The notes below the pieces were generated by a model, which searched no databases, was not told the origin of the DNA, and saw only the letters and a list, made by a program, of their open reading frames with translations. DNA of 64,000 nt from Azolla caroliniana (taxonomy: Eukaryota > Plantae > Polypodiophyta). Below are positions 25,727 to 37,562 of this stretch, piece after piece. Numbering within the stretch: position 1 is the stretch's first letter; each line of letters opens with the position of its first letter. The translations under genes and the position numbers were made by a program. The DNA is taken from the NCBI GenBank assembly GCA_043228905.1, contig JBHGNT010000009.1:5332001-5396000 (forward strand), in the 5' to 3' direction.

Positions 25727-28700
25727 TGTCACGGACAAGTATAATAGAGTAGAACAAAGATAAGACTAGAGAACAAGAGAGAGTAAAAGAACAAGAACTC
25801 AACTCTTGTAAGGTGTGGGCACGCTTCTCGGCCAACGGATTGATGGATATCTCCGGAATGAAAATGTTGAACTGAGGGTGGAAACCGTAATTTGCAAAGA
25901 ATGGAGAAACCTTAGTTGAGGCATGGATACTGTTATTGTAGGCAAATTCCGCCATGGCAAGGAGGTCCACCCAATCGTCTTGTTGGTAGCTAACTGTACA
26001 CCGGAGGTATTGTTCGAGGATTTGGTTGACTCTTTCGGTTTGGCCATCCATTTGAGGGCGGTGTGCGATTGACAAGTTCACAGAAGTCCCGAATATCTGT
26101 AGAAGTCGGCGCCAAAAGTGGGAGATAAATTGAGGACCTTGATTAGAAGTGACATCCTCAGGCAAACCGTGTAAGCGGACGACATTTTTTAGAAAAAGGG
26201 TAGTTGTCTCCTCCCCCGAAATGGTTTTCGAACATGGGACAAAGTGAACCATCTTCGAAAACCGATCGACGACCACTAGCACCGTGTCATGGTCACTGAC
26301 TCGAGGAAGGTTGGTGATAAAGTCCATAGAGAGAGAAGCCCAAGGTCGACTGGGGATTGGAAGTGGGTGTAGAAGGCTGTATAGACGATGGTGAGCCGCT
26401 TTGGAGCGAGCACAGACGTCACAAGTTTTGATAAATTCTTTGACCAATTTCCAAGGTTGAGGCCACCCAAACCTCCAAGAAAGCAATGCCATCGTTTTGG
26501 CGACCCCAAAGTGTCCGACAAGAGGATCATCATGGCAAGTTTGTAGAACTCGGAGGCGACATGGGCCAGCTGGTACGTAAAGGAGGTGATTACGATAAAG
26601 TAGCCCATCCTGAGTTGTAAAGTGACTGAGATCCGAGATTTGCCTTTCCTGGGATGGGTTGTTGAGGTGCGCCATGATGTCAGTAGAGAAAGGGTTCGAC
26701 GTGGTTGCTTGGGCAATCTCGATGAGCAAGGAATCATCGTGCAACATATAGGTTGCGAACATGTGGAGTTGATCGGGCCGCAATAAACAATGTGATTGCT
26801 GAGAATAAGCATCGTCACCTGGGCGCAATGCGAAATTGGGTCGCCGAGAGAGAGCATCCGCTTTCCCATGTTGAACGCCGGGTCGAAACAAGATTTCGAT
26901 GTCATAGTCGGCAAGAAAAGATGACCAGCGAGCCGGCCTCCGATTCAATGTACGAGTGGTGCTGAAGTAGATGAGATTCTTGTGGTCGGTCACCACCTGA
27001 ATACGATGTTGCGTCCCAGCCAGATAGGGTCGCCATTCAGCGAAGGCCGAGATGATAGCTGCAAGCTCCTTGTCGTAGATCGGATAATTGATTTTCGGGG
27101 CTATAAACTTCTGAGAGTAGAAGGCGACCGGATGTAGGGTGCCGTTGTCATCGGGCTGGGACAAGACCGCACCTATGGCAAAGTCAGAGACGTTGGTTTC
27201 AACCTGGAAAGGGCGGGTGGGGTCGGGGTGGACTAACAGGGGGGCGGAGAGAAAAGTTGCTTTGAGGGAATTAAAAGCATTGTGTGCTGCAGGGGTACAA
27301 AGAAATGGGGTATCTTTTCGGGTAAGTTGGATGAGAGGTTGGACTAGGGAAGAGAACCCCCCCCCGTCTATAAATCGTTTATAAAAATTTGCAAAAACCA
27401 AGAAACGATTGTACCTCTTTTAGCTGAGTCGGAAGAGGCCAATTAGTGATTGCCGCGACCTTGTGTTCATCCATTGTGATCCCGGTAGGTGAGAGCATGT
27501 AACCCAGGAATTCGACAGAGGTCCGATCAAATTCACATTTCTCACTTTTGGCGAAGAGCCCATATTCTTGGAGTTTGGTGAGAACTAGCCAGACGTGGTG
27601 TGTGTGATCCTCCAAGTTGGAAGAAAAAACTAGGATGTCGTCAAGGTAGATGACCACGAAATGATCGAGATACTCTCGAAAAATATCATTCGTCATGTGC
27701 TGGAAAACGGCTGGAGCATTGGTAAGGCCGAAAGGCATCACTTTGTACTTGAAATGTCCATAGCGCATCCGAAAAGCCGTTTTCCACTCGTCCCCAGGCT
27801 TAATGCGCACTAAATTGTAGGCGTCTCGAAGGTTGATTTTGGAGAAGATATGCCCCGTTTAGAGTCGATCGAGGAACGCTGGAATTAAGGGCAGGGGGTA
27901 ACGATTACATACCGTAACTTTGTTGAGACCTCGATAATCCACACATAAGCATAATGAGCCGTCATTTTTTTGACAAATAAGATTGGTGCCCCGGCTGGTG
28001 ATTTGGAGGGTTGAATGAAGCCCTTCGCGAGATTCTCAGCCAAATATGTGCGGAGAGCCTCAAGTTCGGGTTCAAATAACCCATAGATAGGACCGAATGG
28101 GGGATGCTTGCCAGGTTGGAGTTCGATTGGGCAATCGTAGGGACGATGAGCTGGTAACCGATCGGCATTCTGCTTTTCAAAGATGTCGGAAAAGTCGCTA
28201 TATTGGATGGGTAAATTGCTGACAGGAACGGTGATGTTTCCCGACACAATGGCCAGTGTAGCGACCAAACCGGACTTGACCGTAACAGAATCAAGAGAGT
28301 GTTGTGACCGAGCAGGAATTGGCGTTCTTGGAAAAGTGATGGAGCGGCTACACCAATCAACCGTTGGATTGTGTGTCTCCAACCAAGATAGCCCCAACAC
28401 AATCGAATGTCGGGGAGTTGCGATGAGGTTGAAAGTCAGTTCCTCCTGGTGTGCCCCAATTTGAAGTACCAACGGGATAGTGGCTTCGGTAACCGCCCCC
28501 GACGAGAGAACCCGACCGTTGCTCGCTTCAACGGATATGGGTTGTGATGTGCGGACGGTGGGGATATTATGTGCGCATACAAACGATTTATCGATAAAGC
28601 AAGTAGATGCTCCGGAGTCGAGCAAGGCATGAGAATGTATTGAAGTCGAACCAAAACAAAGACTTACTTGCAAAGAAAACCCTCCTAATGGCGGTATAGA

Positions 28701-29155
28701 CTTGTAGGAGCATGGAGAAGATGAGTAACGGGAAGCGTCCAACGGCATGGCTCCTACTGCATCTGGACTTGGTCGTTTTCCTATTGTCGAGGAACCTCCG
28801 CAAGACATGCACGATGGAATTGATGTCGAGGGCCTCACACAGGACAATGGCGGATGACATGGCCAGATTGCCTGCGATGTTAGTTGGGATGACCAAGCCC
28901 TATGCGACCATTTCCGTCGCGGTCTCCGAAATGATGTCAAGACTCTTCTCTTAAACTTCCCGGAGCCCACATCGTTGTCTCAAGTAATCTCCCAAGCTGT
29001 CCAGTGTGACAATCGTCTTTTTGAACTTCATCAAGAAGAACGGGGGACTCGTGGATCTCAGGCTTCTTCTTGTGTTGTTCACCTTGATTAGAATCAAGGT
29101 GCACATGAGTATTTATACAAGAAGGTAGGGCTATGTAAGCCTAGCTTGCATGTAT
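25727..29155 (-). mobile_element. Element G: rearranged and truncated Tcn1-like Gypsy (PR-RT-RH-INT), with an LTR tip and an inverted gag piece
   Basis: PR ALLDSGASTCF (27885-28970 ORF), RT YLDDIL (27379-27810) and RH-INT (25701-27401). An LTR tip TGTCACGG at 25727 is fused to a truncated integrase. The gag segment CDVSWDDQALCDHFRRGLRNDVK at about 28865-29050 reads on the + strand. Confidence 0.82.
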
Positions 29156-30766
29156 TCTCATTTTCTTCACAAACACGTAGTGATCGGCTTGCGTTTTGTG
29201 GTAGCCTTGATCGGTTATGAAGGAGTTGAACTTCCGGTACCATTTCCGGGGGGCTTGCTTCAATCCGTATAAGCTCTTCTTCAGCCGACACACCACGTTG
29301 TCGTGAAGAAAACCGTCCACAAGCGGAATCGGTGCACCGGAGCATAGGGACCGGCTCTTCATGCACGTACGCCTTGTGTTGTACATAGGAGAGAATTAGG
29401 GACATGGGAGATCCTAGGTAGGTAGATTCGGTAGGTAGGAAGTTAATAGGAAACGGCTCCCTTCTTGCCTATAAAAGGAGGGAGACGAGGAGGAGGAGGG
29501 GGTGCGCGAAGTAAGAGAGGACGAAGTGCTGTCGGATTGTGGGCCGAAGGCTTCTCTCTCTTCCAAACTCCATAGCTTCTTTCTGCGCAGGTTTCGGGAG
29601 GCTCGCGCTGCTCTGAGGAATGCCCGAGTGCTTCCGGCAGCACCTCCAACCTACTCCTTTCTTTCTGTGCGTTTGCGAACAGGCATCGGCATCTGTTCCC
29701 GGCCTGTTCGGTTGTAACCGACTTCGTGTTCTTGTTGTTTGTCTTTGTTAATACATACATACATTCGTGTCTATCTGTGTCGCTGTCCCACTCGCGTCTT
29801 TGTGTCGAAGGGCCGCGTCCCTGCGAATCTACGCTCGCACGTAGTGGGTTCCCTTCTCCTTTCTCTCTTGCTCTTCGGTACAAGACCCCCGAGGTCCCGC
29901 CCCATTCCATGCATCCGCGAGGAATACCTCGACATCTTGGTGAACCCGACGTGAAGGAAGGCGACAGAAGAGCAGAAGATGAAAGGGTCGGATCTTGCGG
30001 AGGCCATGGCTTCAGCCGTGGATCGGATATTAAGCGCACGCAAGGGCTCCGACGCCCTCGACAGAGCCATTGAGGCGGTCGTCGGTACGATCGGCCGGTT
30101 TAGCGGAAAGGATGCCACGAAGTATTTGGCGTCCTACGGGGCAGAAATGCTGATGCGGGACATTCCGGAAGAGAGGCGTCTTGCCGGGTTTCCTCGAGTG
30201 GCGATGCCGAGCATCCATGCGGAGGTGCTCGAGGTGCGGGCGGAGAGCCGTACCTGGGAGGAGTTCGAAGGCCGACTCCTGGAAAAATACGGGCTGGACG
30301 ACGCGCTCCGGCTTTCGAAACGAGACTTCATGGAATGGGTGGAGTCCCCCGGCAAGGGAAGAAACGCGTCGGCACTCCTCCGGGAATTCGAAGAACGCTT
30401 TGCGCGCCTTTCGGCGCTTGACCGAACCGTTCTGGATATGAGCCGGGTCCTACTGTTCGTCAAGTCGGTGGACGAGCGGGACCGGGATCAAGTCGGCTCC
30501 TTGCTGGAAACCGAAGACGGGCTGACGACCGACTGGGTTGCGGTTAAGAGAGTCTGTGGCCATTTTGACAAACGATGAGAATGGGCTGACATCGGGGCGG
30601 CTGGTGCGGGCTCTGTCACATCAAGGAGGCTTGAACCGGCACCACAAGGGCGAAGGGAAGAAACCTGGGAATGGCTTGAAACCGGTCCGGCTTCGACCGG
30701 CATGGTCAATGGCTCGTCCGGAGGAGCAGCGCTAGAGGAGTTGACGCGGGCGATAAAGGATCTCCA

Positions 30767-30937
30767 TGTCGAATACAAGTGTATAATGGACGTATTCACA
30801 CTATCCCTTTGGGCCATTTGTGTAATTAGCATAAATGGTAGTTGCCCTAAGTCGGTCACTATATATAGTGACCTTGTAACCTTTTTGTAGTGTTGGGTGT
30901 TGTATTATTGTTTCTATTGAATAGAAAGTCTTTTGTG

Positions 30938-30982
<45 letters not shown>

Positions 30983-33900
30983 AACGACCTAGAAACTGTC
31001 ATACGCAGGTATTCAAACACCAATCGATTGCTTCTTGATCTTCCGCATCGACACGGCCTTGTCTCCAACATCTGGTATCAGAGCCTGCACAGTATTCGGT
31101 CCTTCATCCCGCTGTCGGCCGTCGTCTCAGCCTGCACAGCATTCGGTTTCTTGCGTCATTCGAAGAAGAGAGAAGAAGAAGAAAAACGAGGTTTGCATCT
31201 CATCGCGTTAGATCATCTTCGCTTGGAGTAAGCCAGCAGGTTGTACTCTGTTCCTTGTGATCGTAACCGCTCGAGGTGAAATCCCCTTGCGCAACATTGA
31301 CACGATCGTGCTCCACCCGGTTAAACGGCATCCGAAGAGGTAATCAAACGCCGCTCATTGTAACCACTCGGTGCAGATCGGTCTCAAGACAACAACCCCA
31401 ATTCGTGCTTCATCCGGCTGATCGACATTCGGGAGGATCAGTTGGATCCGTCTCTCTCGTTGCTGCAGTCACCTGAAGCAGAATCGGTCCAGACAATCGG
31501 TTTCAATAATCGGTATTCGAGCAAGTTCCGAAGCCGAACCGACTCGGGTTCAAATCCGACTAGAACGATATCGGGTGAGCCAACCGGCTGCACTCCAACA
31601 AGGTTTGTAGTCAACTCCGAACCGAGCTTCGTCAACCGAAACCGAATTTGATGGCATCAACATCCGGCTCGTCAGAAATGAGTCTACGAAAGTTCGATGG
31701 ATCGAACTTCAACTTCTGGAAGGAGCAAATGCAGGACTATCTCATAGTCAAGGGGCAAATCGATCCCATCGAAAATGAAGAACCTCCAGAAGGATACAAA
31801 CCAATTGAGTGGCAGAAGCTGGACAGAATCGTCCGTGCCACGATTCGGATGCACCTATCGGAATCGGTATACTTTACGGTGCAATCGTGTACGACAGCAT
31901 TCGAACTGTGGAAAACACTGTCGGACACTTACGAAAAGAAGGTCGCCGCAACGAAGATGTTTCTGATCCGGCGCCTCTACAACTTGCGGATGAAAGAATC
32001 CGATTCGGTTCAAGCACACCGCAATGAGTACGAAAGCATAAGCTCCCAAATCTCATCTCAGGGGACGGCAATCGAGGATGAACTCAGAGCAATGATACTC
32101 ATGAGCAGCCTTCCCTCATCATGGGAAACTTTCGTCACAACTGTGTGCAACGCGTCAACCACGGCTGTTAAATACTCCGAAGTCACGAGCGCAATCCTGA
32201 CCGAAGCAGCTCGGAGAAAGTCTTTCGCCAAAGACTCAACAGACGACGCTTATGTAGTACAAGGTTCGACAGACCGATCGAACATACGAGGAAGAGATTC
32301 CTCACGACCGCCGAACAATCAGCGAAGACGGAGCCAGTCACGGAATAACCGAATCTGCAACTACTGCAAGAAACCCGGACACATCAAAGCCGACTGCCGC
32401 ACACTCAAGAACAAGAACGACAAGTCTCAGAGATCAGACAAGAAGAGTGGCCGGCATGAGGAGATCAATTACGTCAGCTTCTCAGCTGATGTGCTACCAG
32501 ACGACCCGAATATACTATCAATCGAAAATCCAGTCGGATCAGAAGTTCTACTCACGACTGAAGAATCGAGCACATGGCTCTTAGATTCGGGCGCGTCATT
32601 TCACGTGACTCCTCATCGATCCCAATTTCGGCAATATACGATCCGTCACTCCGACTCAGTTCGAGTCGGCAACTCACAACACTGTGACATCATCGGAATC
32701 GGCACAGTAGAGCTCAACCTTGCAGGTGGCTCTACACTTGTACTCCACAATGTCCGACATGTACCCGAGCTCTCAAGGCCATTGATCTCAGTCGGACAAC
32801 TAGATGAAGACGGCATTCGTGCCGGTTTTTCTTCGGGAGGGTGGACACTCCACAGGGGGAACCTCCTGCTTGCTAGAGGACCCAAGATACACTCCCTGTA
32901 TCCGTTACATGTTACGCTCAGAGAGGGTAACCTGTTTTTGGTGGATATTCCTGTGTCATCACTATGGCACCGAAGATTAGGACACCTCAGCAAGGCCGGC
33001 ATTACGCATCTATCTAGAGCCGGATACATCCCCAAACTCTCCTTCTCCGACCATCAATTCTGCGAGCATTGCCAGTATGGCAAACAAGCAGCCGCATCAC
33101 ACCCGACATTAGCACCAAGAGAAACGAGACCTCTCGATTTAGTCCATTCGGACGTCTGTGGCCCAATGCCGCATCAGTCTCTAGGCGGTGCCTCTTACTT
33201 CGTCAGTTTTATTGACGATTCGACTCGAAAGGTGTGGGCTTATCCAATTCGCACCAAAGATCGGGTCTTCTCGATCTTCTCAGATTGGCTCGCTATGGTA
33301 GAAAATCAAACCGACCGAAAACTGAAATGCTTTCGGACAGACAATGGGGGAGAGTTCAAATCAGAAGAATTCGTCAAATTCTGCCGACAACGCGGCATCC
33401 GACGTGAATTTACGGCACCACACAGTCCGGAGCAAAACGGGATTGCAGAACGAATGAATCGGACAATCCAAGAAAGGATAGTTTCCATGCTCCAACACTC
33501 CGGACTGTCGGATGGCTTCTGGGCAGAGGCTCTACTCACGGCAGTACACATAATCAATATGTCGCCAAGTAGACCTCTAGGACTTCAAATTCCTCAGGAA
33601 CTATGGATCGGCAGTAAGCCGAATTACGACAAGCTGAGGATCTTCGGATGCGAGGCGTACGCCCTTATTCCGAAAGATGATCGCCGAAAACTTGCACCTC
33701 GGTCCAGGAAATGCATTTTCCTTGGATATGGATCAGACGGCGAAATGGGATACCGACTCTGGGACCCCGAACGCAGACAAATCGTTCGAAGTTTGGACGT
33801 TGTGTTCAACGAGTCGGCTATGAATCCATCAGTCGAAAAACCGATTGAAGTCCGAAGGGTAACATTTTCCGATGTGCCGACCCTTCAAGAAGGCCCCGCT

Positions 33901-36046
33901 CTCAACACACGGTCAGCTTCACGGGTAGCTGAACCTTACACTACCGACTCGGACAACCCCGACTCGGCACAGCAGAACAATCCGCTTTCGGACCATCCGA
34001 CCACGATACCCGATGCGACCAGTCCAATCATACCTCGACGATCCGAGAGACTGTCGCAACCTCCGGAGAGGTACTCTCCTGGAATTTTCTTCACCGACGC
34101 CGGCGAACCGACGTCTTACGAAGAAGCATCGACATCTGTCGATTCAGCCACCTGGCATCTGGCGATGGAGTCGGAAATGCACTCCATTCGGGCAAACAAG
34201 ACTTGGGATCTGGTCGAATTACCTAAGAATCGACGTGCTCTTCCTTGCAAGTGGGTTTATCGACTAAAAGAGACGTCTGATTCGACCACCCCAAAGTACA
34301 AGGCCAGATTAGTTGCGAAGGGCTTCCGACAAGAATATGGCGTCGACTTCGACGAGATTTTTTCACCAGTGGTGAAAATGACAACCCTTCGTTTTCTACT
34401 CGGCGTAGTGGCAGCCGACAACTTGGAGCTGATTCAGCTAGATGTCAAAACAGCCTTCCTCCATGGTGATCTCGAGGAGGAAATTTATATGGAGCAGCCA
34501 AAAGGCTTCGTGGCAACTGGCCAAGAACATCTAGTCTGCCGACTCAGGAAGAGTCTATACGGCCTCAAACAGGCACCGCAACAATGGTACAAGAAGTTCG
34601 ACGACTTCATCCAATCGATCGGCTTCTCAAAAAGCGATGAGGACCATTGTCTCTTTACCAACACAGCTCAAGATGGATCACCCATCTTCCTCATCATTTA
34701 CGTGGACGACATGCTAATTTCTGGACGCCACGCGGGCGAACTTGCCGATCTCATTCGGCAACTGCGGTTGAAGTTTGCCATGAAGGACCTCGGTCCGGCA
34801 CGACACATACTCGGCATGAAGATTAGTCGGCATCGCGATAAACGACATCTTTTTTTGTCTCAGACCGACTATATCGGACGTGTCTTGGAACACTTCAACA
34901 TGCAATCAGCCAAATCTGCTTCAACCCCGCTCCCCATGAATCTTCGGCTCTCTCAGCGAGACTGCCCGACATCCGGTCCGGAGGGGGAAGATATGAAGTC
35001 GGTACCGTATGCACCGGCAGTCGGCTCCCTTATGTACCTGATGGTCGCGACACGGCCTGATATTTCTCACGCCGTAGGAGTCGTTAGCAGATTTATGCAC
35101 AATCCCGGCCGATCGCATTGGAACGCAGTCAAGCATGTGTTCAGATATCTGGCTGGCACAAAAGACCACGGCATTCTCTTCGGTCCGAACCGAACCTCAG
35201 GCGTAGTCGGTTACACCGACTCGGATTTCGCCGGCTGTATAGACAGTCGGAAATCAACAACCGGATACTGCTTCAAATTCGGCAATGGAGCAATCTCGTG
35301 GAAGTCGAAACTTCAGGAGTGCACAGCGACCTCAACGACCGAAGCAGAATATGTAGCTGCGTCCGACGCAGCAAAAGAAGCTTTGTGGCTCGGTCGGCTG
35401 GCGCACACGTTTCGACAAGTCGACCATGACTCGGCTCCAGTTGTCTACAACGACAGTCAAGGTGCTGTTGCCTTGTCGAAAAATCCGGTTCACCACAACG
35501 CCTCCAAACATATCGACGTTCGATATCACTTCGTTCGGGACTGCGTCATTTCAGGGAAAATAGGTCTAGAGAAAATATCCACAACCGACAATGTCGCAGA
35601 TGGAATGACCAAGTGTCTTTCGGCAGACCGCTTTCGGTTTCTTCGGCATCAGATGGGCGTAACGACAAACCAGTCCGGTTAGAGCCGGACACAGAGCAGG
35701 ATGGTTCCCGACAACCGACATCAGTTCCTTAATGATCGGCTTCAACTGTTCCGACCCGACCAGTTCGGTCTTCTGCCTTCGGACCCTGCCGACTCGAACA
35801 AAGCTGATATGTCCGAGAACCTAAGTCTATACCTGTAATCTTAGATAACCCATGTATACGCCCATTATGGGGGAGTGTCGAATACAAGTGTATAATGGAC
35901 GTATTCACACTATCCCTTTGGGCCATTTGTGTAATTAGCATAAATGGTAGTTGCCCTAAGTCGGTCACTATATATAGTGACCTTGTAACCTTTTTGTAGG
36001 GTTGGGTGTTGTATTATTGTTTCTATTGAATAGAAAGTCTTTTGTG

Positions 36047-36085
<39 letters not shown>

Positions 36086-36173
36086 AACGACCTAGAAACT
36101 GTCATACGCAGGTATTCAAACACCAATCGATTGCTTCTTGATCTTCCGCATCGACACGGCCTTGTCTCCAACA
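30767..36173 (+). mobile_element. Element B: intact, very young Ty1/Copia (Tork-like) inserted in the gag of element D
   Basis: LTRs 30767-31070 and 35876-36173 differ only by one substitution and (CT)n length. TSD CTCCA at 30762-30766 and 36174-36178. tRNA-iMet PBS TGGTATCAGAGCC at 31073. PPT GGGGGAG before 35876. Confidence 0.96.
31651..35682 (+). CDS. Copia Gag-Pol polyprotein (gag, CCHC knuckle, PR, INT, RT, RNase H), uninterrupted
   Basis: Single ORF from ATG 31651: CNYCKKPGHIKADC, WLLDSGAS, HSDVCG...TDNGGEF...NGIAER, QLDVKTAFL, YVDDML, KHIDVRYHF. Confidence 0.95.
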   Translation: MASTSGSSEMSLRKFDGSNFNFWKEQMQDYLIVKGQIDPIENEEPPEGYKPIEWQKLDRIVRATIRMHLSESVYFTVQSCTTAFELWKTLSDTYEKKVAATKMFLIRRLYNLRMKESDSVQAHRNEYESISSQISSQGTAIEDELRAMILMSSLPSSWETFVTTVCNASTTAVKYSEVTSAILTEAARRKSFAKDSTDDAYVVQGSTDRSNIRGRDSSRPPNNQRRRSQSRNNRICNYCKKPGHIKADCRTLKNKNDKSQRSDKKSGRHEEINYVSFSADVLPDDPNILSIENPVGSEVLLTTEESSTWLLDSGASFHVTPHRSQFRQYTIRHSDSVRVGNSQHCDIIGIGTVELNLAGGSTLVLHNVRHVPELSRPLISVGQLDEDGIRAGFSSGGWTLHRGNLLLARGPKIHSLYPLHVTLREGNLFLVDIPVSSLWHRRLGHLSKAGITHLSRAGYIPKLSFSDHQFCEHCQYGKQAAASHPTLAPRETRPLDLVHSDVCGPMPHQSLGGASYFVSFIDDSTRKVWAYPIRTKDRVFSIFSDWLAMVENQTDRKLKCFRTDNGGEFKSEEFVKFCRQRGIRREFTAPHSPEQNGIAERMNRTIQERIVSMLQHSGLSDGFWAEALLTAVHIINMSPSRPLGLQIPQELWIGSKPNYDKLRIFGCEAYALIPKDDRRKLAPRSRKCIFLGYGSDGEMGYRLWDPERRQIVRSLDVVFNESAMNPSVEKPIEVRRVTFSDVPTLQEGPALNTRSASRVAEPYTTDSDNPDSAQQNNPLSDHPTTIPDATSPIIPRRSERLSQPPERYSPGIFFTDAGEPTSYEEASTSVDSATWHLAMESEMHSIRANKTWDLVELPKNRRALPCKWVYRLKETSDSTTPKYKARLVAKGFRQEYGVDFDEIFSPVVKMTTLRFLLGVVAADNLELIQLDVKTAFLHGDLEEEIYMEQPKGFVATGQEHLVCRLRKSLYGLKQAPQQWYKKFDDFIQSIGFSKSDEDHCLFTNTAQDGSPIFLIIYVDDMLISGRHAGELADLIRQLRLKFAMKDLGPARHILGMKISRHRDKRHLFLSQTDYIGRVLEHFNMQSAKSASTPLPMNLRLSQRDCPTSGPEGEDMKSVPYAPAVGSLMYLMVATRPDISHAVGVVSRFMHNPGRSHWNAVKHVFRYLAGTKDHGILFGPNRTSGVVGYTDSDFAGCIDSRKSTTGYCFKFGNGAISWKSKLQECTATSTTEAEYVAASDAAKEALWLGRLAHTFRQVDHDSAPVVYNDSQGAVALSKNPVHHNASKHIDVRYHFVRDCVISGKIGLEKISTTDNVADGMTKCLSADRFRFLRHQMGVTTNQSG

Positions 36174-37508
36174 CTCCAGATCGCCCAGACTCGAAGGGAA
36201 GGCGGCGAACCGGCTCGTGACCGACGGCTGGTAGCAGGGAACAGGTGCATGTGGTGCGACGAGGTCGGCCACATCCGGAAGGACTGCGGCGATTTCGCAG
36301 AAGCGTTGAGGAACCGGGTGGTATACCTGTGGGAAGGCCGGGTCGGGTGCACGCCGGCGACACCAGAAGGGCCCTGAACCGAAACGACGGGTGAGGAGGA
36401 ATGAAGAGACTGATGGAAGAGGCAGCGGCCCGACACGTGGAGGCCATCCACTACTCGGCGTTGGCCGGCATTCGGGTCGGGGGCAGCGAGGCCCGAAAGG
36501 AGGGCAAAGACGGATTCTGGTCAGCAATGCTGGAAGGTCTTGCCGGCGCACGACTAAGGAAAGATGAAACGGACCGCGCCATGAGACGGGTGTGGGAAAT
36601 AACCGGGTGGAGCGACCTAGTCGAGGAGAAGACGGGCTTCGTAGAAGCCGCCTGTCGGAACTACGAGGCTCTGGTAGAGGACAAACGAGTGGGGAAAGCC
36701 GGAGCAACCGGGCCCTCACAACGGTACGAGACCCAATTCGGGCAACAACGGAACGATGCCGGTGGGTCCAGCTCGCAAGATAACCCCAGGAAGGGCGAAT
36801 ACCGACTGGGGACGGAAATAGAAAGGACTACGGACCTACGAAAGGTCCTAGAAGAACGGATCCTCGACAGCAAAGTGGAGCTGTCATTGCGAGAGGTGCT
36901 AGGGATCGCCAAGAAGGAGTTCCACGACTCCATTGTGGACCTGGTGAAACGGAAGAGGCTGTCGACGGAGACAGAACCGGAAAGACCGGTGGAGGTGCGG
37001 ACGACGCACATCGACGACATGGCGCTAGAAGATGAGTGGGCGGAGAGCCACTATTCAAGGCTGCACTCGGCCCGAGCGACCACGGAGACCCCGGTAAAGA
37101 TCGGAGATGTTTAGGAACCGGTGGTGGCATTGGTGGACCACGGTTCGGAAATAAACCTTATGTCCATGGACTTCTATAAGAAGGGAAAGTGGCCGATCAA
37201 CACCAAGCACGGGTGGAAGATACGAGCGGCGACGCGCGCCACCGAGGAACTGCACGGGGCCTGCCCGAACGTGCGAGTCAAGATTGGCGACGTCGAGATT
37301 GACCAGCACTTCTTCGTACAAGAGACGGGCACCCGGTCATATTAGGGGAACCATACATCACAGCGGCGCGGATGGAGACCAAGGTGCTAGACAACGGTTC
37401 GGCCTACGCGAGGGTCAAAAGCCAGGACGGGCGCCATTCGGTCCAATTTCTGACGGTGCGACCGAACCACGAGCGTAACCGCGAATCCCTCGGTGGCAAA
37501 AACCGGAA

Positions 37509-37562
37509 GGATTTTTAGAGAGGGCTGCCGAGGCGTGGGGCCGAGACAGCCCGGACACTCGG
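37509..37562 (+). promoter_or_regulatory. Putative programmed -1 ribosomal frameshift signal (slippery G GAU UUU plus pseudoknot) in element D
   Basis: GGATTTT at 37509-37515 lies directly before the gag-PR stop TAG. After a 6-nt spacer, stem GGGCTG (37522-37527) pairs with CAGCCC (37547-37552), and loop CCGAG can pair with CTCGG (37558-37562). The -1 frame is open to 37910. Confidence 0.7.
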
